Below, piece by piece: positions 35,567-43,320 of a stretch of DNA of 44,181 nucleotides. The stretch is from positions 1-44,181 of the forward strand of contig JAEUNB010000030.1 in assembly GCA_016790625.1 (NCBI GenBank). The letters are read 5' to 3'. This stretch comes from Betaproteobacteria bacterium. GTDB lineage: Bacteria; Pseudomonadota; Gammaproteobacteria; Burkholderiales; Usitatibacteraceae. A program made the position numbers and the translations under genes. The notes beneath the pieces are model-generated. The model did no database searches and was not told where the DNA came from. It saw nothing but the letters and a program-made list of their open reading frames with translations. How positions within the stretch are numbered: position 1 is the first letter of the stretch; every line of letters begins with the position of its first letter.

Positions 35567-37747
35567 ATGCGCACCTTTGAAAAATCGCGAGTAGTGCTTG
35601 GCCGTATTGGCGCCGCCCTGGCGCTGGGCATGGCTTTGCTCGCAGCGCAGATGTCGTGGGCATTCGATAACGAACGTGTAGCGCTGGTGATCGGCAACGA
35701 CAGTTATCCGAACGAGCCGCTGAGAAATGCGGTCAACGATGCGCGCGCGATGCAGAAGTCATTGCAGGAACTGGGCTTCAAGGTGGTGTTCAAGCCCAAC
35801 GCCGACATCAACACCATGCGCGCGGCTGCGGTGGAGTTTGCCAAGATGATGGATGGCGCTTCGGCGGCGGTGTTTTTCTACGCCGGTCACGGCATTCAGT
35901 ACGCCAACAAGAACTACCTGATTCCGGTCGATGCCAAGCTGATGTCCGAGCCGGAGATCGTGTATTACGCGATGGAAGTCGGACAGATCCTCGACAGCAT
36001 GGAAGAGGCCAAGGTGCGGCACAAGTTCATCGTCCTCGACGCCTGCCGCAACAATCCCTTCCGCAACCTGTTCACCTCGTCCACCGGCTTGGCGAAGAGC
36101 ACGCGCGTGCCGCCGGGCACCTTTATTTCCTACGCAGCGGCGGCAGGCGCGGTGGCGCTCGATGGCGAGGGTGAGAACGGCCTCTATACGAAGCATTTGC
36201 TTAAGGAAATCCGTACACCGGGTTATACCGCCAGCGCCATGTTCGAACGCGTTGGATCGCAGGTTGCGCAGGAAAGCAACGGCCGTCAGTATCCGGAAAA
36301 CACCTCCACGCCCTCACCGCGCGGTGCCTTCTTCTTTGCCGAACGTGCGACCACTGCCGTCGCCACCGCCGCCCCTGCGGCAACTGCGGTATCGAGTGAG
36401 ACCGCAGCGCTGCTTGAGCGCGATCTCTGGAACGACATCAAGGACAGCAGCAAGATCGAGGATTATCAGGATCACCTGCAGAAATTCCCCAACGGCATTT
36501 TCGCCAGCCGCGCACGCAGCCGCATCGATAACCTGCGCCAGGAGCGTTCCCAGCGACAGGTAGCCGCCGCGCCGCTGTCGGCGAATCCTGCGGCAGCCAC
36601 CGCGCCGGTACTGGTGGCAGAGCGGCCGAACGAACCCGCTGCGCGTCCTGCTGCCAATCCTGTACCTGCCAGCACGCAGGTGGCGCAGCCCCTGGCACCG
36701 GCATCCGCGCCGATTCAGGCACCCGCACCTGCCAGCCCCGCGCCGACGCAAACTGCGGCAACCAAGCCGGCGGAGCCGGTACGAATTGCGACCGCTACCC
36801 AGGTGCCCAGCGCCGCCAGCGAGGTCCGCAGTCTTGAGCCACGTACGGCAGCTGCTTTGCCTGCTGCGCCGAGCTCAGGCGCGCCGGCTGCCAATCAGGT
36901 TGCCGCGCTGTCACCGGAACAGAAAACTTCGCTGCCGCCGGTGCCGGTATGGCCCAAGTTTGTGACCGGGCCGATCGATTATCCCAATGGTGACCGCTAT
37001 GTCGGCGAATACCGCATCGAGTCCGACAAGAAAGAGGTGTTGCACGGTAAGGGCGAATACGTCGCCAAGGGCTTCCGCTATAACGGCGACTTCAAGGACA
37101 ACAAGAAGCAGGGCAAAGGCGTGTACGTCTGGTCGGATGGCGCCAAGTACACCGGCGATTTTGCCGATGACCAGGCTTCCGGCAAGGGTGTGTGGGAATT
37201 CGCATCCGGTGACCGCTATGAGGGCGATGTGGTCAATGCGGTGATGGTCGGCAAAGGCGTGCTGATTTCCAAGGATGGTTCGAAGTTCGATGGCACGTTT
37301 GCCGACGGCAAGCCGCATGGTCGCGGGACGTACGTTTTTGCCAACGGCGACAAATATGAAGGCGGTATCGCTGCCGGCAAGAAGTCCGGCAAAGGCACCT
37401 ACATTAGCAAGAACGGCGACCGTTTCGAGGTCACCTTTGTCGACGATGTCGCGCAGGGCAGCGGTTCATACGACTTCGCCAACGGTGACCGCTACGAGGG
37501 TGAGATCAAAAATGGCGCGCTATCGGGCAAGGGCAAGTACTTCCATTCCGGTGGCGAGCGTTCGGAAGGCAATTACCTGAACGGGCTGCTCAACGGGCAG
37601 GGCACTTTTTACTTCAAGGACGGCTCCTGGTTCGAGGGGACGTTCGAAGAAGGGCTGAAGCGTGCCAAGGGCATCATCATCTACAAGGATGGCACCAAGC
37701 GTGCCGCCGAAATTGTCAACGGCAGCATGACCGTGGCGGGCGGCTGA
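35567..37747 (+). CDS. Exported caspase-family (peptidase C14) protein with Pro/Ala-rich linker and 10 C-terminal MORN repeats
   Basis: 726 aa from the internal ATG. Signal peptide MRTFEKSRVVLGRIGAALALGMALLAAQMSWA. The caspase fold has the catalytic His (AVFFYAGHGIQ) and Cys (FIVLDACRNNPF). A linker of about 130 aa is rich in A/P/T/Q. Then come ten 23-aa Y.G.f.....GkG MORN units. Confidence 0.85.
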   Translation: MRTFEKSRVVLGRIGAALALGMALLAAQMSWAFDNERVALVIGNDSYPNEPLRNAVNDARAMQKSLQELGFKVVFKPNADINTMRAAAVEFAKMMDGASAAVFFYAGHGIQYANKNYLIPVDAKLMSEPEIVYYAMEVGQILDSMEEAKVRHKFIVLDACRNNPFRNLFTSSTGLAKSTRVPPGTFISYAAAAGAVALDGEGENGLYTKHLLKEIRTPGYTASAMFERVGSQVAQESNGRQYPENTSTPSPRGAFFFAERATTAVATAAPAATAVSSETAALLERDLWNDIKDSSKIEDYQDHLQKFPNGIFASRARSRIDNLRQERSQRQVAAAPLSANPAAATAPVLVAERPNEPAARPAANPVPASTQVAQPLAPASAPIQAPAPASPAPTQTAATKPAEPVRIATATQVPSAASEVRSLEPRTAAALPAAPSSGAPAANQVAALSPEQKTSLPPVPVWPKFVTGPIDYPNGDRYVGEYRIESDKKEVLHGKGEYVAKGFRYNGDFKDNKKQGKGVYVWSDGAKYTGDFADDQASGKGVWEFASGDRYEGDVVNAVMVGKGVLISKDGSKFDGTFADGKPHGRGTYVFANGDKYEGGIAAGKKSGKGTYISKNGDRFEVTFVDDVAQGSGSYDFANGDRYEGEIKNGALSGKGKYFHSGGERSEGNYLNGLLNGQGTFYFKDGSWFEGTFEEGLKRAKGIIIYKDGTKRAAEIVNGSMTVAGG
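36989..37700 (+). repeat. Array of 10 MORN repeats (69-nt coding period)
   Basis: YVGEYRIESDKKEVLHGKGEYV, YNGDFKDNKKQGKGVYVWSDGAK, YTGDFADDQASGKGVWEFASGDR, YEGDVVNAVMVGKGVLISKDGSK, FDGTFADGKPHGRGTYVFANGDK, YEGGIAAGKKSGKGTYISKNGDR, FEVTFVDDVAQGSGSYDFANGDR, YEGEIKNGALSGKGKYFHSGGER, SEGNYLNGLLNGQGTFYFKDGSW, FEGTFEEGLKRAKGIIIYKDGTK. Confidence 0.85.
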
Positions 37748-37780
37748 AAAGATGCAGTTATCCTTCCTGCCGGGCGAGTC

Positions 37781-38194
37781 ATGGCACTGATCCTTAACAT
37801 CGCGCCCGGCACCATCGGTACGCACAGCATCATCGTCGGCGACGAACATACCGCACCGCGCGTCGGCTCCGGCAAGATACAGGTCCTGGCCACACCCGTG
37901 ATGATCAATCTTTTCGAAGCGGCCGCGCTGGCGGCCTGTGAGCATTTGCTGCCTGAGGGGCACCAAAGCCTGGGTACGCATCTGGACGTTTCGCATGTTG
38001 CTGCCACGCCGGTGGGCATGCGCGCCACGGCGACCGCAGAAGTGGTGTCAGTCGAAGGCCGCACCATCAAGTTCCGGCTCGAAGCGCGTGACGAGCGCGA
38101 TGTGATTGGTGAAGGTACCCACGAACGCGTGGTGGTGAACGTCGCCAAATTCGATGTGCGGGTGCAGGAGAAAGTGGCGCTGATCAAGCGCTAG
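37781..38194 (+). CDS. Hotdog-fold thioesterase, FlK (fluoroacetyl-CoA thioesterase)-like family
   Basis: 137 aa. VLATPVMINLFEAAALAACEHLLPEGHQSLGTHLDVSHVAATPVGMRATATAEVVSVEGRTIKFRLEARDERDVIGEGTHERVVV closely follows the FlK-type pattern (SLGT..V.H.AATP.G...AE...VEGR...GTHER). It starts 34 nt after the caspase gene stop. Confidence 0.8.
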   Translation: MALILNIAPGTIGTHSIIVGDEHTAPRVGSGKIQVLATPVMINLFEAAALAACEHLLPEGHQSLGTHLDVSHVAATPVGMRATATAEVVSVEGRTIKFRLEARDERDVIGEGTHERVVVNVAKFDVRVQEKVALIKR

Positions 38195-38224
38195 CGGTTC
38201 CGATTTCTGCAACGGCATCGGCCG

Positions 38225-38289
38225 GAAATCCAGTATCCATGCGCCTCTTCGAGGCATGTGCCCGGAATGCCTCGCCAGTGCTTGTGTAC
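38225..38289. repeat. REP-like inverted repeat, copy 5 (degenerate)
   Basis: The right arm CCTCGCCAGTGCTTGTGTAC (38270-38289) keeps the CGCCAGTGCT core. The left arm GAAATCCAGTATCCATGCGCC is eroded. There is an internal 8-bp hairpin CGAGGCAT/ATGCCTCG. It lies between convergent stops. Confidence 0.4.
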
Positions 38290-38326
38290 CGGCCGATGCC
38301 CTGCGAGAAAAACACTCAGCCCATGT

Positions 38327-39238
38327 TCAGCGTAAGCGTGCCAGCGCTTCGCGGATTTTCGGCAATGCTGCTCGTGCGGCATCTTCGCCGCGCTTGATGC
38401 ACATAAGACGGTATTCCTGACTGATGCTGGCGTAGTAGCCCAGATCGGGATGGATCAGCACGTCGGCGAAAGCCGCTTGCGCGTCGACTTTTCCCGCGCG
38501 CATGCGATCGCGTACCGCCCAGGTTGCAGGTGCCTCGGGCGGAATGGCCGAGACGTACGCCGACACATCCACTGCAATCACCACTTGTGCACCGAGCTCA
38601 CGCGCCGCCTTGATCGGCACCGGCTCGGCTTCGTCACCGTCGTGATATTCGACGCCGAGTATGCGCACCGGCGAAAACTGGCGCGGCGTGGCGCTGGATG
38701 CGCGCACTGCGGCTGCGGTGCTGCCACGATTGAACAGCGTGAGCTGATTGCCGGTGCGGGTCGCCGCCGCAACCACCAGCTTGCGCTTGAAGCCATCCAG
38801 CGGTTTGTTGTCGGTGCGCTCGGCCACAAAGTCCGCGACCGCGCTGCCGTTGCCGGTGAGGCCGGATGAGGAAACGCCGATAAAGCGCTTGGGATCGATA
38901 TCGAGCGCGGTCTGCTCGATATCGCGTGCGCTGGCACCGTTGGCATACATCGCTCCCAGCATGGCGCCTACGCTGGAGCCGACCACCAGATCGGTCTCGA
39001 TGCCGTTGGCCTCCAGCACTTTCAGCACACCGACATGGGCAAAACCGCGCGGCCCACCGGCGCCCAGCACCAACGCGACACGGGGTCGCTGGGAGTCGGT
39101 GTAAGGCACGAATTTCGGCGCATCGGGGCCGTTGTATTCGGCAATGCCCCCAGCGCAGCCGGCGAGTAAGACAAGCAGTCCGGCGAGTGACTTGCGCGAG
39201 AATACGATTGCACGCATAGTGGCGAACGTTTTTTTCAT
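38327..39238 (-). CDS. Patatin-like phospholipase, lipoprotein (RssA-like)
   Basis: 303 aa from the internal ATG of track ORF 38327..40672. MKKTFATMRAIVFSRKSLAGLLVLLAGC carries a lipobox. VALVLGAGGPRGFAHVGVLKVLE (oxyanion G-G-x-R), GSSVGA nucleophile elbow, YHDGDEAEP (Asp dyad). Confidence 0.82.
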   Translation of the reverse strand: MKKTFATMRAIVFSRKSLAGLLVLLAGCAGGIAEYNGPDAPKFVPYTDSQRPRVALVLGAGGPRGFAHVGVLKVLEANGIETDLVVGSSVGAMLGAMYANGASARDIEQTALDIDPKRFIGVSSSGLTGNGSAVADFVAERTDNKPLDGFKRKLVVAAATRTGNQLTLFNRGSTAAAVRASSATPRQFSPVRILGVEYHDGDEAEPVPIKAARELGAQVVIAVDVSAYVSAIPPEAPATWAVRDRMRAGKVDAQAAFADVLIHPDLGYYASISQEYRLMCIKRGEDAARAALPKIREALARLR

Positions 39239-39262
39239 TGCACAGAATTTATCACGACGCCC

Positions 39263-40843
39263 ATGAGCAAATCCTACGACGCAGTGATCATCGGCGGTGG
39301 CCACAATGGCCTGGTCTGCGCCTGCTATCTGGCGGCGCGTGGCCTGAAGGTGAGGGTACTGGAGCGTCGCCACGTGGTGGGCGGCGCAGCGGTCACCGAA
39401 GAATTTCATCCGGGATTCCGTAACTCGACCGCCAGCTATACCGTCAGCCTGCTGAATCCCAAAGTGATCCGCGACCTCAAGCTGGCGGAACATGGGCTGA
39501 AAGTGGTTGAGCGGCCGTTCGGCAATTTCCTGCCGTTGAACGATCGCGAATTCATCAAGGTGGGCGGCGGTCTCGCGGCAACGCAGGCGGAAGTGGCGCG
39601 ATTCTCGAAGCGCGATGCCGAGCGATTGCCGGACTACTACCGCATGCTCGATGGCGTCGCGGCAGTGCTGAAAGATCTGCTGCTGGAAACGCCCCCTAAC
39701 GTCGGCGGTGGCATTGCCGACATGCTGCAGGCATGGAAAGTCGGCAAACGTTTCAAATCCTTGGACATGGCTGCGCGGCGCGATGTACTTGATCTCTTCA
39801 CCAAGAGCGCCGGCGACGTGCTTGATTACTGGTTCGAGTCCGACCCGATCAAGGCCTGCTTCGGTTTCGACGGCGTGGTGGGCAACTACGCGTCGCCGTA
39901 CACGCCGGGAACCGCTTATGTGTTGCTGCACCACGTGTTTGGCGAAGTGAACGGCAAGCCCGGCATCTGGGGCCACGCGGTCGGCGGCATGGGGGCGATC
40001 ACGCAGGCAATGGCGAGGGAAGCGGTTGCACGCGGGGTGGAGATTTCGCTGGATGCGGCGGTCGCAAAAGTCGAGGTCAGTGACGGAAAAGCGACTGGCG
40101 TCGTGCTGGAAGACGGCACGGTGATTTCTGCCAAACGGGTGGTGTCGAATCTCAATCCTAAACTGCTGTTCGGCAAACTGGTCTCGGGTGCCGACACAAC
40201 TGCTGAATTCGGCCAACGCATCGAAGCATACAAAGTTGGGTCCGGCACGTTCCGCATGAACGTTGCACTGTCGGAACTGCCGAAATTCTCCTGTCTGCCG
40301 GAAGCCGGCCCGCACTTGTCGTCGGGCATCATCATGGCGCCGTCGATGCGCTATATGGAGCAGGCATTTTTCGATGCGAAGACCTTTGGCTGGTCGAAAA
40401 AGCCGATTGTCGAAATCCTGATTCCAAGCACGGTTGACGATTCGCTGGCACCGGCGGGGCAGCATGTCGCGAGTCTCTTCTGCCAGCACGTCGCGCCGAC
40501 GCTGCCGGATGGCCGCAGTTGGGACGACTACCGCGAAGAGGTGGCGGATTTGATGGTAGCCACCGTCAATGGATTCGCGCCCAATTTCAAGGCCAGCGTG
40601 ATCGCACGGCAAATCCATTCGCCGCTCGATTTGGAGCGCAAGTTTGGTCTTGTAGGTGGGGACATCATGCACGGCGCGTTGACACTGGATCAGCTGTTCA
40701 GCACCCGGCCGGTAATGGGTTACGGCGACTATCGCACGCCGGTCAAGGGCTTGTACCAGTGCGGTTCAGGTACGCATCCGGGCGGCGGGGTCACTGGGAT
40801 TCCGGGGCACAACGCCGCACGCGAAATCCTCAAGGACGGCTAG
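39263..40843 (+). CDS. FAD/NAD(P)-binding oxidoreductase, phytoene-desaturase (CrtI)-like family
   Basis: 526 aa. SYDAVIIGGGHNGLVCACYLAARGLKVRVLERRHVVGGAA (Rossmann GxGxxG), then ...GIWGHAVGGMGAITQAMA...CGSGTHPGGGVTGIPGHNAA. Confidence 0.82.
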   Translation: MSKSYDAVIIGGGHNGLVCACYLAARGLKVRVLERRHVVGGAAVTEEFHPGFRNSTASYTVSLLNPKVIRDLKLAEHGLKVVERPFGNFLPLNDREFIKVGGGLAATQAEVARFSKRDAERLPDYYRMLDGVAAVLKDLLLETPPNVGGGIADMLQAWKVGKRFKSLDMAARRDVLDLFTKSAGDVLDYWFESDPIKACFGFDGVVGNYASPYTPGTAYVLLHHVFGEVNGKPGIWGHAVGGMGAITQAMAREAVARGVEISLDAAVAKVEVSDGKATGVVLEDGTVISAKRVVSNLNPKLLFGKLVSGADTTAEFGQRIEAYKVGSGTFRMNVALSELPKFSCLPEAGPHLSSGIIMAPSMRYMEQAFFDAKTFGWSKKPIVEILIPSTVDDSLAPAGQHVASLFCQHVAPTLPDGRSWDDYREEVADLMVATVNGFAPNFKASVIARQIHSPLDLERKFGLVGGDIMHGALTLDQLFSTRPVMGYGDYRTPVKGLYQCGSGTHPGGGVTGIPGHNAAREILKDG

Positions 40844-40852
40844 TTGGTTGCG

Positions 40853-42421
40853 ATGCGACTCATTGCGCGCCTGCTGATCGCGTTGATCATTGCTTTGCCG
40901 GTTTCGGCAAAAACGCTGCGCTTCGCCACGCAGAACGATGCCACCACGCTGGACCCGCACGCGGCAAACCTGTTGCCGAATGCGCGCATCACGCAGAACG
41001 TCTATGAGGGGCTGGTGGCGCGTGATGCTGACTTCAATATCGTCCCCAGTCTGGCGCTATCGTGGAGCCAGCCAGATGCGAAGACCTGGCGTTTCAAGCT
41101 GCGTCCCGGCGTGACCTTTCACGATGGCAGCGCATTCACCGCCGACGATGTCGTGTTCTCGGTCGAGCGCAGCTTGCATCCGCTATCGCAGCTCAAGTTC
41201 ACGCTGCAGGGCGTGCAATCGGCCCGGCGTGTCGATGACCTGACGGTGGATCTGGTGATGAAGGAGCCGAATCCGGTGCTGCTGAATCACCTCTATTTCA
41301 TGCGCATCATGTCGCGCCAGTGGTGCACGAAGCACGGTGTGTTGGCGCCGCAGAACTATCGCGACAACGAAGATACGTTTGCCGCGCGCAATGCCAACGG
41401 CACCGGCCCGTTCAAGGTCGAGTTGCGGCAGCCGGACGTCAAAACCGTGTTGCGCGAAAACCGCCAATGGTGGAATCGCGCTTCCCCATCGCGCGGCAAT
41501 GTGTCGGAAGTGATCTGGCTGCCGATGAAGTCGAATGCCACACGCATTGCCGCGCTGCTATCAGGCGAAGTGGATTTTGTTGTCGATCCGCCGGTGCAGG
41601 ATGTCGCGCGACTGAAGAAATCGCCGAATCTGAAAATAGTGCAGTCGGCCGAGGCGCGAATTCACTATCTCGGCTTCGATCTCTCTCACGACAATCTGCA
41701 GTACGGCCCGAAGAGCGGTAATCCGTTCAAGGACCTGCGTGTACGTCAGGCGGTCGTGCATGCGATCGATGTCAACGCCATTCGCGACAAGGTGTTCCGC
41801 GGATTCACCATCCCCACCGGTTCGCTGATTGCGCCGCAGGTACACGGCTACGTTAAGGAACTGGATACGCGTCTGCCGCTTGATCGCGCCAAGGCAAAAC
41901 GATTGCTGGCGGAGGCCGGCTATCCGCAGGGGTTCGACATCACGCTGGATTGCCTGAATACCGCGCCCAATTCTGAGCTGTGTCAGGCAATTGCGCCCAT
42001 GCTGACCAGTGTCGGTATTCGGGTCAACGCCAACCTGATGCCGATCACAACCTTCATCCCCAAGGTGCAGAAAGCCGATACCAGCTTCTTCTGGTACAGC
42101 TGGGGGGCCGTGACGTTCGATGCGCTCTACACATTGCAGGGGCTGCTGCACACCTACAGCGGCGATCAATCGGGCAATGGCGACAGCAATCTGGGCCGCT
42201 ATTCGAATCCGGCGCTGGATGCATTGATTGCGAAGATCAAAGTTGAGCCCGACAAGGTGGTGCGCGACCGCTTGATACGTGATGCGCTGGAAGTCGTGGT
42301 GCGCGAATTGCCGGTCGTGGTGCTTCACCAGCCGGTGATTCCATGGGCGATGCGTGCGACGGTCGAAATTGGCGCATCTCCCAACAACATCCCGGCGTTC
42401 GACCGATTTCGCATGCGTTGA
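40853..42421 (+). CDS. ABC transporter substrate-binding protein, family 5 (peptide/nickel/opine type), orphan
   Basis: About 522 aa. Signal peptide MRLIARLLIALIIALPVSA, then KTLRFATQNDATTLDPHAANLLPNARITQNVYEGLV...SWSQPDAKTWRFKLRPGVTFHDGSAFTADDVVFS. A TTG at 40844 directly abuts the upstream stop; the ATG at 40853 is preferred. Confidence 0.85.
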   Translation: MRLIARLLIALIIALPVSAKTLRFATQNDATTLDPHAANLLPNARITQNVYEGLVARDADFNIVPSLALSWSQPDAKTWRFKLRPGVTFHDGSAFTADDVVFSVERSLHPLSQLKFTLQGVQSARRVDDLTVDLVMKEPNPVLLNHLYFMRIMSRQWCTKHGVLAPQNYRDNEDTFAARNANGTGPFKVELRQPDVKTVLRENRQWWNRASPSRGNVSEVIWLPMKSNATRIAALLSGEVDFVVDPPVQDVARLKKSPNLKIVQSAEARIHYLGFDLSHDNLQYGPKSGNPFKDLRVRQAVVHAIDVNAIRDKVFRGFTIPTGSLIAPQVHGYVKELDTRLPLDRAKAKRLLAEAGYPQGFDITLDCLNTAPNSELCQAIAPMLTSVGIRVNANLMPITTFIPKVQKADTSFFWYSWGAVTFDALYTLQGLLHTYSGDQSGNGDSNLGRYSNPALDALIAKIKVEPDKVVRDRLIRDALEVVVRELPVVVLHQPVIPWAMRATVEIGASPNNIPAFDRFRMR

Positions 42422-42452
42422 CCTCGGCAGCGAACAACACCATTGTCTGGTT

Positions 42453-42520
42453 GAAACTCAAGCATTGGCGCGGTATACAGGGTGTTTTTGGCTGGAAACC
42501 CGCGCCAGTGCTAGGGTTTG
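42453..42520. repeat. REP-like inverted repeat, copy 6
   Basis: GAAACTCAAGCATTGGCGCGG (42453-42473) and CCGCGCCAGTGCTAGGGTTTG (42500-42520). The right arm contains the stop codon and last three codons of the minus-strand enoyl-CoA hydratase gene. Confidence 0.75.
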
Positions 42521-43320
42521 TTCTTCGATTGCGGCCAATTCGGTGCGCGCTTCTCCAGAAAAGCCGCCACACCCTCCTGCGCGTCGGCCTGCATGAAATT
42601 GCAGCTGATGGTCGCTGAGGCATCCTGATAAGCCGCCTCAATACCCGCTTCCATCTGACGGTACAGCAGCGCCTTGCCCATCGCCAGCGCATCGCGCGGC
42701 TTGGCTTTCAGCGTTTCCGCCAGCGCCAGCGTGGTGGCGCGCAGTTCTGCAGCCGGCACCACGCGATTGACCAAACCCCAGGCGAGAGCAGTGTTTGCAT
42801 CGATGAATTCGCCGGTCATCAGCATTTCCGCCGCTCGTTTGCGTGAAATGGTGCGTGACAGCGGCACGGCAGGCGTGGAACAGAACAGGCCGAGATTGAC
42901 GCCGGAGACGGCAAATTTGGCGTGATCGACCGCAACCGCCAGGTCGCACTGCGCCACCAGTTGGCACCCGGCAGCGGTTGCCATGCCCTGAATCTCGGCA
43001 ATCACCGGCACCGGCAGTTTGGCCAGCTTCAGCATCATGTCCGAGCAGCGTTGGAATAGCCGACGAACGAAAGCCTCGTCATTTGCAGCACGCATTTCCT
43101 TGAGATCGTGGCCGGCGCAAAAGGCGTTGCCATTGGCAGCGATCAACAGCACACGAACGGATTGATCGTCACGAACCTGATCGATGGCCGCGTGCAGGGC
43201 ATCCAGCGTGGCGGCCGAGAGCGCGTTGTACTGTTTCGGCCGGTTTAGCGTGAGGGTGGCGATGCCATCGGCGATGGCAAGTGTCACGAGCGTGTCTTGC
43301 GCGGGGGCTAAGGTATCCAT
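42511..43320 (-). CDS. Enoyl-CoA hydratase/isomerase (crotonase) family protein
   Basis: 269 aa. IATLTLNRPKQYNALSAATLDALHAAIDQVRDDQSVRVLLIAANGNAFCAGHDLKEM ... AEIQGMATAAGCQLVAQCDLAVA (oxyanion-hole segments). Confidence 0.88.
   Translation of the reverse strand: MDTLAPAQDTLVTLAIADGIATLTLNRPKQYNALSAATLDALHAAIDQVRDDQSVRVLLIAANGNAFCAGHDLKEMRAANDEAFVRRLFQRCSDMMLKLAKLPVPVIAEIQGMATAAGCQLVAQCDLAVAVDHAKFAVSGVNLGLFCSTPAVPLSRTISRKRAAEMLMTGEFIDANTALAWGLVNRVVPAAELRATTLALAETLKAKPRDALAMGKALLYRQMEAGIEAAYQDASATISCNFMQADAQEGVAAFLEKRAPNWPQSKNKP

Noticed and set aside
39239-40672. 478-codon upstream extension of the patatin lipoprotein ORF (track 38327..40672, 781 aa)
   Set aside because: It is antisense to the CrtI-like oxidoreductase, which has a clear Rossmann motif. 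The lipoprotein signal peptide with lipobox begins at 39238.
960-42520. REP-like repeats as MITEs, IS ends or CRISPR repeats
   Set aside because: I see no transposase, no target-site duplications and no regular repeat-spacer periodicity. The copies are dispersed single hairpins at gene ends, so REP-like is the conservative call. I found no evidence of any mobile element, integrase, tRNA or rRNA gene in the window.
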